The translations under genes and the position numbers were made by a program. Under the pieces are notes generated by a model. That model searched no databases, was not told the origin of the DNA, and was given only the letters and a program-made list of their open reading frames with translations. Source: Candidatus Micrarchaeota archaeon (lineage in GTDB: Archaea > Micrarchaeota > Micrarchaeia > Anstonellales > Bilamarchaeaceae). From it: a DNA stretch of 64,000 nucleotides. Every line of letters begins with the position of its first letter. The stretch's first letter is position 1. Location: contig JBDRLQ010000016.1 in assembly GCA_043812915.1 (NCBI GenBank), positions 36,318 to 100,317 on the forward strand, written 5' to 3'. Below are positions 43,320 through 51,263 of this stretch, piece by piece.

Positions 43320-44942
43320 ATGAGAATTTTCCTGCTCTCCTTATTGCTCGCCCTCCTTCTGATAGGCTGCGTTGCCAAGGAAGGGGAGGATATCGGCCAA
43401 GGCATCCCTGTTACTGAAACCGGATGCAGTTATGGCAATCCCCCGTGCAGCGAGGATTTCGACTGTGTGGACAATGAATGTGTCCTGAAGCAGGGCTGTG
43501 CCTATGATACCGTGTCCTGCGGGAATGATTCTCTCTGCACGAACAACACGTGCGTGCTCAGGGATGGCTGCAATTATGGCAATCCCTCCTGCGGATATGG
43601 ATATTCCTGCTCCGATAACATGTGCGTGGCGCAGATTTTCGCAGATGATGGCAGGCTCACCGAGTATGCCCGCTCGCTTCGGCCCGAGCTCTTTTCCCTG
43701 GACCTTAATCTGCTTGCCGAGCTGCACCCTGAGAGCTATGGAAACAACTATCTTGAGCCTGGCAACTATACAGTCAGAGTCGGGGATGGCTTTGGCGATG
43801 GCGACTTACTAGTGAAGTTCATGGAGTTCATCCCTCAGAACGACTCTGTTAATGGCCAGATAAGGTTTGAGGTCTTTAGGAAGGAGCGGGACGGCAACTA
43901 CTACCATTATCCGACAATCGAGGATACAATCACCCGCTATAGCTACACCGACATATTCGGAATCGTTATTGAGAGCCCGGGCTATTCATGGCAGATTGAC
44001 CCTTATGAGAACGCGCTGATTTATCACTCCAGCTGCACGGTTTTCCAGGATTACTGCAGGGACGAGGGCAGCGGGGGCCATTATTCTCCAGGTTACCTGG
44101 AGTGCGCCCAGAGATGCCAGTTTGATGCCCTTCCTGAGGAAACAAAGGCGGAGAAGGGTATTTTCTCTGCCATCTATCCCGCAGGATACGGCGACCTTGC
44201 CCTCTTCTCGGCAGGCCTGATGAAGAGTTGCTATAGGAGGAACGTCGATTTCCTTGGCTTTGACCCGAAAAAACCCAGGATAGGGATGGAGGTTTTCCTT
44301 GCCGATGGGCGCAGCGACATAATCGGCTCTGACGAATCGATATCAGCAAAATCAACTGCCGAATACCTAGACCTTGTCACGGACAATCTTGATTATTACA
44401 TGGCCCAGAGCTCATCCAGCGGCTGCGCCTCATATATGCGCATCAGCCATGAGCTCACCCACATTATGGCGAACCATCTCCTTGGCATTGAGAATCGGGG
44501 CCTGATTGAGGGGCTTGCGGAATTCGTGGAGTTCCACAACAACGCCTCCATGAAGCAGTATGTCTGCCTGGATGATGGCTGGCATTATGGCTTTGAGGAC
44601 GAGACCAAGGATTACATCCCGCTATCGGCCTCATTCGGAACCGACCCATATCCCAGCGAGAGCTACTACGCAACCGGATACTGCTTCTGGAATGATTTCG
44701 TGCATGAATACGGCTATCCAAAGTTCGTCCTGGCTATGCACGCACTGAACCAGGAGAGCCGGGGGATAGAAGGCTATTACGTGCTTGATGTAATTGGGAA
44801 TGTCACTGGCAATCCTTTACCCTATAGCGTATTTGACAAGTATTCGCTGACAAGGGAATCGACCTATGTCCCTGGCTGCACGAACTGCGAATTGTTTTTA
44901 GGGGATGTTAATGAGTCAGGCGTATGGATTGCCGGCGAATGA
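43320..44942 (+). CDS. secreted/lipoprotein zinc metallopeptidase-like protein (HExxH...E gluzincin-type motif) with three N-terminal 4-Cys mini-repeats
   Basis: Signal peptide with LLIGC lipobox-like motif. Repeats GCSYGNPPCSEDFDCVDNECVL, GCAYDTVSCGNDSLCTNNTCVL, GCNYGNPSCGYGYSCSDNMCV. HELTH followed by a Glu at +24 (GLAEF), as in thermolysin-like enzymes. Confidence 0.6.
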   Translation: MRIFLLSLLLALLLIGCVAKEGEDIGQGIPVTETGCSYGNPPCSEDFDCVDNECVLKQGCAYDTVSCGNDSLCTNNTCVLRDGCNYGNPSCGYGYSCSDNMCVAQIFADDGRLTEYARSLRPELFSLDLNLLAELHPESYGNNYLEPGNYTVRVGDGFGDGDLLVKFMEFIPQNDSVNGQIRFEVFRKERDGNYYHYPTIEDTITRYSYTDIFGIVIESPGYSWQIDPYENALIYHSSCTVFQDYCRDEGSGGHYSPGYLECAQRCQFDALPEETKAEKGIFSAIYPAGYGDLALFSAGLMKSCYRRNVDFLGFDPKKPRIGMEVFLADGRSDIIGSDESISAKSTAEYLDLVTDNLDYYMAQSSSSGCASYMRISHELTHIMANHLLGIENRGLIEGLAEFVEFHNNASMKQYVCLDDGWHYGFEDETKDYIPLSASFGTDPYPSESYYATGYCFWNDFVHEYGYPKFVLAMHALNQESRGIEGYYVLDVIGNVTGNPLPYSVFDKYSLTRESTYVPGCTNCELFLGDVNESGVWIAGE

Positions 44943-45446
44943 TGCATTCAGTACTCAAGATCTTCATCATCGGGATAACCCCTCAGAGGTATTGCATTTG
45001 TCATCATTCACATATCCCTCTGCTGCCTACTGTTTATAATTAGCTAAGATGGTGTTCAGAAATTGGATACATCATCACCGGGCAATCCGGGGAACAAGTT
45101 CCCCGTCACTCAAGTTCTTCGAACTTAAGATCCCTCAGCTTGTCGAACAATCATCACAATATATATCTATGCTTGAGAAGCGTTAAAAATAGGATGAAAG
45201 TCACTCGAGGCGCCTGCCAAGGCCGAAATGCAGGTATTCTTCCCGCACAATCGGGTATATCACAAGCACTGGTATGCCCGTCTTGATTGCCGCGCCCCCT
45301 ATTTCGGTGAGGGTGGACCGGTAGCATACTCAAGAATAGATGAAATTGCCGTGAAGATTACTGCCGCAACTAAGAAAACCAGGACCTCGCTCTTGTCGAA
45401 TCGCTTTGGATAGATTCTCATAATATTAGCGTATATAAAAGAAAAA

Positions 45447-45476
45447 TTATTGAAGCGCAGAAGCGCGCTTCAATAA
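45447..45476 (-). terminator. stem-loop (12-bp stem centred on TTGAAGCGC/GCGCTTCAA) followed on the minus strand by a T-tract; candidate tfb terminator
   Basis: Read directly from the sequence. The hairpin lies 12 nt downstream of the tfb stop. On the transcribed strand it is followed by TTTTTCTTTTAT. Confidence 0.5.
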
Positions 45477-45487
45477 AAAAGAAGATT

Positions 45488-46402
45488 TCAGAGGTTGACC
45501 TTCAGGCCAAGCTCCTTCTTCAGCTCCCTATACCTGTTCCGGATTGTGACTTCCGTTACGCCCGCGACATCGGCGACTTCCTTCTGCGTCTTCTTCTCGC
45601 CATGCATCGCGCTTGCGATATACAGGGCCGCGGCCGCAACTCCGGTCGGGCCGCGCCCGGAAATCAGGCCTTTGCGAAGAGCTTTCTTGATTAGCTTCAC
45701 CGCCTCCTGCTGCACATCCCCCCCAAGCTTGAGCGCTGTTGCGAATTTGGGCACGTACTGGGCCGGGTCGGTCAAAGGAACATCGACATCCAGCTCGCTT
45801 TTCAGGAACCTGTAGGCACGCCCGATTTCCTTCTTCTCGATTCCAGAAGCCCTGGAAATCTCATCAAGCGTACGCGGGATTCCCTGTATCCTGCAGATTG
45901 CGTAGATGACTGCCGCGACAACGCTCTCAATGAGCCTTCCGCGGATTAGCTCGGCCTTCACCGCCTTCCTATAAAGCAGCGCCGCACTCTCCTTGATGTT
46001 CTCAGGGAGGCCAAGTGATGAGGCGACCCTGTCAAGCTCAGCAAGGGCGATGACCAGGTTCCTCTCCATTGAAGTGGCGATGGATACTCTCTTGTGCCAT
46101 TTCCTCATCCTGTACAGCTGGGCCTGTTTCTTCGGCGAAATCTTTCCGCCCCGGATGTCCCTATTGTACTGGTCTATCTCGGTAACAAGGCCCTTGTTCG
46201 GCCTCATGTACTTGATAGGGGCACCGCCACGCGCTTTCTTTTCTTTCTGCTCAGCGTCGAAAGCACGCCATTCAGGACCAAGGTCCTGGATGTTCTCCGC
46301 GATGATAAGACCGCAGGAGGCACACAGAAGCTCACCCTTTTCATAATCTCGGATAAGCCTTTTGCTGCCGCATTCTGGGCATTTTGTTGACGTAGTTCCC
46401 AT
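45488..46402 (-). CDS. tfb: transcription initiation factor IIB (TFB)
   Basis: N-terminal zinc ribbon CPECGS...CASCG, B-reader, and two cyclin-fold repeats. TATA-like TTTATAAA at 46428-46435 and a GGAGG RBS upstream. Confidence 0.9.
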   Translation of the reverse strand: MGTTSTKCPECGSKRLIRDYEKGELLCASCGLIIAENIQDLGPEWRAFDAEQKEKKARGGAPIKYMRPNKGLVTEIDQYNRDIRGGKISPKKQAQLYRMRKWHKRVSIATSMERNLVIALAELDRVASSLGLPENIKESAALLYRKAVKAELIRGRLIESVVAAVIYAICRIQGIPRTLDEISRASGIEKKEIGRAYRFLKSELDVDVPLTDPAQYVPKFATALKLGGDVQQEAVKLIKKALRKGLISGRGPTGVAAAALYIASAMHGEKKTQKEVADVAGVTEVTIRNRYRELKKELGLKVNL

Positions 46403-46543
46403 ATAAATCCTCCCGATTAGCTAAAACTTTATAAAGTTAGCGTCTATTTTAATAGACATACTAATTTAAATACTTTTCGGCTCTCTCCTCGAAGGCCACC
46501 GACGTAAAAACAGGTTCATGGACAAGCTCAGATATTAATTGTT

Positions 46544-47815
46544 TTATCTATTGAAGATGTCTTCCGCGGTTTTCTGTGCCCTTTCAAGCACCCCTCCCAC
46601 GGCGCTTTTTATCATGCCGCCCTCCATGATCAGCCGCCCATTGATAATCACCTCGGAGACATTCCGTGGTCCGGCGGAATAGACGATATTCGCAATGATG
46701 TCATGCTCTGGTCTCATATTCGCCGCCCGCTCCAGCAATACGATGTCCGCCAGCTTCCCCTTCTCCAGAGAGCCGCAGTCCCAGCCAAGGGCCGCAGCGC
46801 CGTTCCTGGTGGCGAAATCCAGCGCCTTCTGCGCCCCCAGGGTCTCGGCCTTCCAGTACTTGTGCTTCTGCAGTAATGAGCACATCTTCATGCTCTCGAA
46901 CATGTTCAGCGAGTTGTTGCTCGCCGCGCTGTCGGTCCCAAGCGTGAAATTGGCGCCTGCGGCGTCATATTCCGTAGTTGGGCATATCCCTCCTGTGGCC
47001 AGCTTCAGGTTGCTTATGGGGCAGGAGCAGATATTCGCCTTCCTCTTCCCCGCAAGCGCAATCTCCCTCTTGCTCACCCATGATGCGTGCACGAAAATGG
47101 AATTGCTGTCCATCACGCCAATGGAATCAAGGTATTCCAGCGGCGCCTTTCCCTGGGTCTTCATCAAGTCAAGCACTTCCCTGCGCGTCTCGCTGACATG
47201 CAATTGATACTTCATCCCGTTCCTGTCGGCAAATTCCTTAGCCGCAACAAGGAGCTCCTCGCTGCACGTATACGGTGCGTGGGGCCCGATGGATGATTTC
47301 ACGAGCGAACTCCCAGGATAAACTGCCTTCTTCATTGATGCAAGTTCGCTTTCAGTTGTCCGTCCGGGGACCTTGTCGAGCAGCCCTTGGGCAACTATGC
47401 CGCGAACTCCAATCCCCTCGGCGGCTTCCTTGATTTCCTTTGCACCGGTTATGCACATCTCACCAAAACACGTCGTCCCGCCTTGCAGCATCTCGATTAA
47501 TGAAAGCTGCGCTGACACTAGCGCGTCATCAGGCGTCTCCCTAGCCTCTATTGGCCAGATTTTCTTCTCAAGCCAGTCATGCAGGGGCAAATCCTCCCCA
47601 TACCCGCGGAAGATGGTCATAGCCATGTGGGTGTGCGAATTGACCAGCCCTGGCATCGCGATTTTGCCACTGGCCTCCAGCACAAGCTCTGCCTTTTCAT
47701 CAATGGATGGAGAGATCCTCGCAATCTTCTCCCCCCTTACAAGTATGTCGCCCTTCAGCACGTCCCGCTTTTCATTCTGGGTCACAATCGTGGCGTTCTT
47801 TATGAGAATATCCAT
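46544..47815 (-). CDS. amidohydrolase of the 5'-methylthioadenosine/S-adenosylhomocysteine deaminase (MtaD/DadD) type
   Basis: N-terminal ILIKNATIV...PGLVNSHTHMAMT metal-binding HxH motif, and overall amidohydrolase pattern of about 420 aa. Confidence 0.7.
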   Translation of the reverse strand: MDILIKNATIVTQNEKRDVLKGDILVRGEKIARISPSIDEKAELVLEASGKIAMPGLVNSHTHMAMTIFRGYGEDLPLHDWLEKKIWPIEARETPDDALVSAQLSLIEMLQGGTTCFGEMCITGAKEIKEAAEGIGVRGIVAQGLLDKVPGRTTESELASMKKAVYPGSSLVKSSIGPHAPYTCSEELLVAAKEFADRNGMKYQLHVSETRREVLDLMKTQGKAPLEYLDSIGVMDSNSIFVHASWVSKREIALAGKRKANICSCPISNLKLATGGICPTTEYDAAGANFTLGTDSAASNNSLNMFESMKMCSLLQKHKYWKAETLGAQKALDFATRNGAAALGWDCGSLEKGKLADIVLLERAANMRPEHDIIANIVYSAGPRNVSEVIINGRLIMEGGMIKSAVGGVLERAQKTAEDIFNR

Positions 47816-47875
47816 TCCAACCAGCGCATAAAGGCATGCAGCCAATGTTTTATATTATTAGGATAAATGAAAAAG

Positions 47876-49072
47876 CTAAATGCCGGGGAATTTCTTCTCA
47901 TTCTCCTCAAGCGCCCTAAGACCGGGAAGCTCCTTGCCGCAGAGATACTCAACCAGCGCCTTGCCTGAGAGGCTCACATAGCTGAAGTACCTCTTGTCTA
48001 TGTTGAACTTCTCGATGGCGGCAAGCGTGTGCCCCCCTCCAAGGAGGGAAAAAGCGTCGCATTTGGCAATCGCATTGAGAATCTCGCGGGTACCTTTCTC
48101 GAACTTCTCATTCTCATACACGCCCATCGGGCCGTTCATCACGATTGCGTGGGAGTTGTTGATGACCTCAATATAGCGCTCAGTGGTCTTGGGGCCGATA
48201 TCCTGAATCTGCCCGCCATCCACCTCAGCGACCTTCTTCTCGACCCGCTCGCCATCGACGTTCATAGCCACATCAAGGGGCAATTTTATCTTGCCGTTAT
48301 AAGTGTCAATCAGCTTCTTCGCCCGCTCCGCATATTCAAGCAGCCCGGACTCCTCAAGGTATTTCATTGAGCTGCCGACGTTCTTCCCGCTGGCATGCAG
48401 CATGAGTATTGAAAGCGCGCCGCCAACCAGAATCTCACGGGCGCGGTTTGAAGCTAGCCACTCCTCCATCACGGTAAAGGAATCCCTTACCTTGGAGCCT
48501 CCGAAAATGAATATCACGTCCCGGCTGTCCCTCACGCTTTCGACCGCCTCCGCCTCGGCGGAGAGCACATCCCCTGCAAAGCAGGGCAAAGTGTTGCAGA
48601 ATCCGATTACGCTGGAATGCGGCCTATGGGCAACGGAAAGGGCGTCAAGCACGAACCAGTCCACCAAAGGAGAGAGCTCATGGACAATCTTCCCATAGCC
48701 ATCATCATTCTCGGTCTCGCAGGTCAATTGCCGGACATTGTCAAGAAGGAGCACATGGCCATCCTCCATCCTGGAAATCGCCTTCTTGGCATTCTCCCCA
48801 ATTACATCATCAACAAAATAAACATCCCTCTCAATCGCCTTGTGGAAGTACTTGGCGTGCTGCTCAAGGCTCATGAAATCCTTGCTGCCGCGCCTTCCCT
48901 GGTGCGCGAGTACTATCACCTTGGCTCCGCGGTCGCTAAGCTCCCGCACAGTAATCGCATGCGCAAATATCCTGGCAGTAGGAACTATGCTGCCTCCCTC
49001 TATGGGTGAATTCAAATCCACCCTGACAAGAACCTTCTTCCCCCTGACGTCCGCTTCACTTATCCTTCTCAT
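47876..49072 (-). CDS. pgk: phosphoglycerate kinase (archaeal type)
   Basis: RVDLNSP...VLAHQGRRG and overall archaeal PGK pattern. Start placed at MRRISEADVRGKKVLVRVDLNSP. The ORF extends to 49123. Confidence 0.85.
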   Translation of the reverse strand: MRRISEADVRGKKVLVRVDLNSPIEGGSIVPTARIFAHAITVRELSDRGAKVIVLAHQGRRGSKDFMSLEQHAKYFHKAIERDVYFVDDVIGENAKKAISRMEDGHVLLLDNVRQLTCETENDDGYGKIVHELSPLVDWFVLDALSVAHRPHSSVIGFCNTLPCFAGDVLSAEAEAVESVRDSRDVIFIFGGSKVRDSFTVMEEWLASNRAREILVGGALSILMLHASGKNVGSSMKYLEESGLLEYAERAKKLIDTYNGKIKLPLDVAMNVDGERVEKKVAEVDGGQIQDIGPKTTERYIEVINNSHAIVMNGPMGVYENEKFEKGTREILNAIAKCDAFSLLGGGHTLAAIEKFNIDKRYFSYVSLSGKALVEYLCGKELPGLRALEENEKKFPGI

Positions 49073-51107
49073 CCGTCGCACCTTTCTTCTTCCAGCTGGC
49101 CTTTGACGGGCACTCGGGGTCAATGCACATGCTGAAATTCATACGCCCTCTCTTGACATGCACCATCGGCTTGTTGCATGTGGGGCAGGGTTTTTCCAAA
49201 ACCTTCACCCAGGCCCCGGTTGGAAGCGGGTATGCATTCCTGCAGTTGGGGTATCCTGTGCAGCCGATGAACTGCTTCTTGTTTGGCAGGTGGATTATGC
49301 GCAATTGCTTGCCGCACTTATCGCATTCCCCGACCATGTTCTCCTTCTCCTGCGTTACCTTCAGGGCGCCGACAATCTCATTCCCTATCTGCACCTCGTG
49401 CTTCTTCCAGCGGTCAAGGAGCTGGGTGAGCATTTCCCTGCCTTCCTTGATGACCTCATCCTTGTCGACCTTCCCGTTCTGGATGCCATCCATCTTCTCC
49501 TCAATACCCCGGGTCAGGCCCTCATCAAGTATCTCAGGCGCGTATTTCTTCAGGACGTCATTCACCTTCAGCCCGAAGTCGGTCACCTCAATCGACTTTC
49601 CGTCGATGTAGTCCCTCTTGAATAAAGTGTCAACGATGGACGCGCGCGTCGCCTTGGTGCCAAGGTGCCTCTTCTCCAGCTCAGAGACGATTGAGGCCTC
49701 AGTGTATCTTCTGGGGGGCTTGGTCTCCTTCTTGGTCTTCTTGTTCTTTTCCACCTTGTGCTCATCGCCCTCAGTGAATTCCGGGATGTCCTTGTCCTCC
49801 GCCTTGTAGTGGCTGCCGTAGAATTCCGTCCATCCGGGCTCGGTCATCAACGAGCCCGTTGCCTTGTAAATCTGCCCTCCGGCATCCACATCGACATGCG
49901 TCCTCTGTTTCTTTGCCGAAGGGGCGAAAGACGCGAGGAACCTCCTGACAATCAGGTCATAAAGCTTGGACTCGGGAGCCCCCATCTTCCCGCTCTGGCC
50001 GGTCGGGTGGATTGCCGGGTGCGCCGGGTCATCCTTACTTCCCTGCAGCGGCTTTGTCCAACTGTTTTCCTGGATTTTTGAAACGAGCTTGCCGTAATCC
50101 GGGTTGCTGCCAAGTTTCTTCAGTATAGGCTCGAGCTTGATGCTGGGAGGAATCCTCTGCGAGGATGTTCTTGGATATGTAATCAATGAGCTCTCATACA
50201 GGTTCTGTGCAATCTGCAGCGTCCTTGAGGGGGGGAACTTGAAGAGCCTGTGCGCCTCCACCTGCAGGCTTGTAAGATCGAAGTTCGGATTCGGCTTCAC
50301 TTCAAATTCCTTCCTCTCCACCTTGGAGACCCTGCCTTTTGGTGCTGTCTTGTCCTTTGCCTCATCCGCCTGCTTCTCATCAAGGAATCTGGCGGTCTTG
50401 TGCATGAAAAGCACATTATCAATCATGGCTGATAGCTCCCAGTATGGGGTAGGCACGAACGCTCTTATCTCCTTCTCAAGCTGGGCTAGCACCCCGAGGG
50501 AAGGCCCCTGGACACGCCCTATTGACATCACGCGGTAGCGATCCACCCTCTTGACAGCGCTCATCAGCGCCCGGCTGAGGTTTATTCCGTAGTACCAATC
50601 GAGTATGTGCCTGGTCTCGCCCGCATAGGCGTTGTTGTAGTCGAAGCCCTCCTGGTTCTCATAGGCCCCGAGCAAATCACTGGCGGTCAACGCGGAGAAC
50701 TTCATCCTTCGCCCGTCCTTGATTTTGGTGGCGAACCTGAAGACATTATAAGCTATGGTGCTTCCTTCGACATCGTAGTCGCAGGCAGAGACAAAGGTAT
50801 TGGACTTCTTCGCCAGTTTCTCTATCAGCGTGACATAGGGCTTGGTGTATGCAGCATCCTTGGAAGCCTGATATGCAGGCACCCATTCTATGTCGAATAC
50901 CGGGTAGGTGGACGATTTCTCCTTCTGCACAAGCGTATACACATGGCCGACAGCAGGCGCAATAAGCACCTTCTTGCCCTTTCTGGTCGCCTCATAGTAA
51001 GATATCCTGTCCAGGGACTTCCTCTCCACTTTCTCCCCGATGGCATCTGCAATCTTCTGCGCTACCTTGGGCTTCTCGGCTACGATTAGTTCCATAATAC
51101 CGCTCAT
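49056..51107 (-). CDS. topA: DNA topoisomerase, type IA (topoisomerase I/III-like) with C-terminal zinc ribbons
   Basis: Toprim N-terminus MELIVAEKPKVAQKIA. Catalytic-domain length. C-terminal CDKCGK...CTGYPNC...CPTCNKP zinc-ribbon motifs. Confidence 0.85.
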   Translation of the reverse strand: MSGIMELIVAEKPKVAQKIADAIGEKVERKSLDRISYYEATRKGKKVLIAPAVGHVYTLVQKEKSSTYPVFDIEWVPAYQASKDAAYTKPYVTLIEKLAKKSNTFVSACDYDVEGSTIAYNVFRFATKIKDGRRMKFSALTASDLLGAYENQEGFDYNNAYAGETRHILDWYYGINLSRALMSAVKRVDRYRVMSIGRVQGPSLGVLAQLEKEIRAFVPTPYWELSAMIDNVLFMHKTARFLDEKQADEAKDKTAPKGRVSKVERKEFEVKPNPNFDLTSLQVEAHRLFKFPPSRTLQIAQNLYESSLITYPRTSSQRIPPSIKLEPILKKLGSNPDYGKLVSKIQENSWTKPLQGSKDDPAHPAIHPTGQSGKMGAPESKLYDLIVRRFLASFAPSAKKQRTHVDVDAGGQIYKATGSLMTEPGWTEFYGSHYKAEDKDIPEFTEGDEHKVEKNKKTKKETKPPRRYTEASIVSELEKRHLGTKATRASIVDTLFKRDYIDGKSIEVTDFGLKVNDVLKKYAPEILDEGLTRGIEEKMDGIQNGKVDKDEVIKEGREMLTQLLDRWKKHEVQIGNEIVGALKVTQEKENMVGECDKCGKQLRIIHLPNKKQFIGCTGYPNCRNAYPLPTGAWVKVLEKPCPTCNKPMVHVKRGRMNFSMCIDPECPSKASWKKKGATDEKDK

Positions 51108-51263
51108 TCATCCGCCGCTCTTTTGGTCCAGCAGAAATCCATGGCTGCGGATGGGTGATATCACTTAAAAAACAAAAGATTAAAATTGGTGCCGGGCTGG
51201 CATAACCTTTATATATAATTCTCTTCATTCAGTAGTTCGACGTAATATAAATGGTGAATACTT

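Noticed and set aside
46401-46438. Exact tfb promoter assignment
   Set aside because: The TTTATAAA at 46428-46435 would place the TSS downstream of the GGAGG RBS-like element. Other AT-rich boxes (46447-46478) are equally plausible, so the promoter is mentioned only within the gene evidence.
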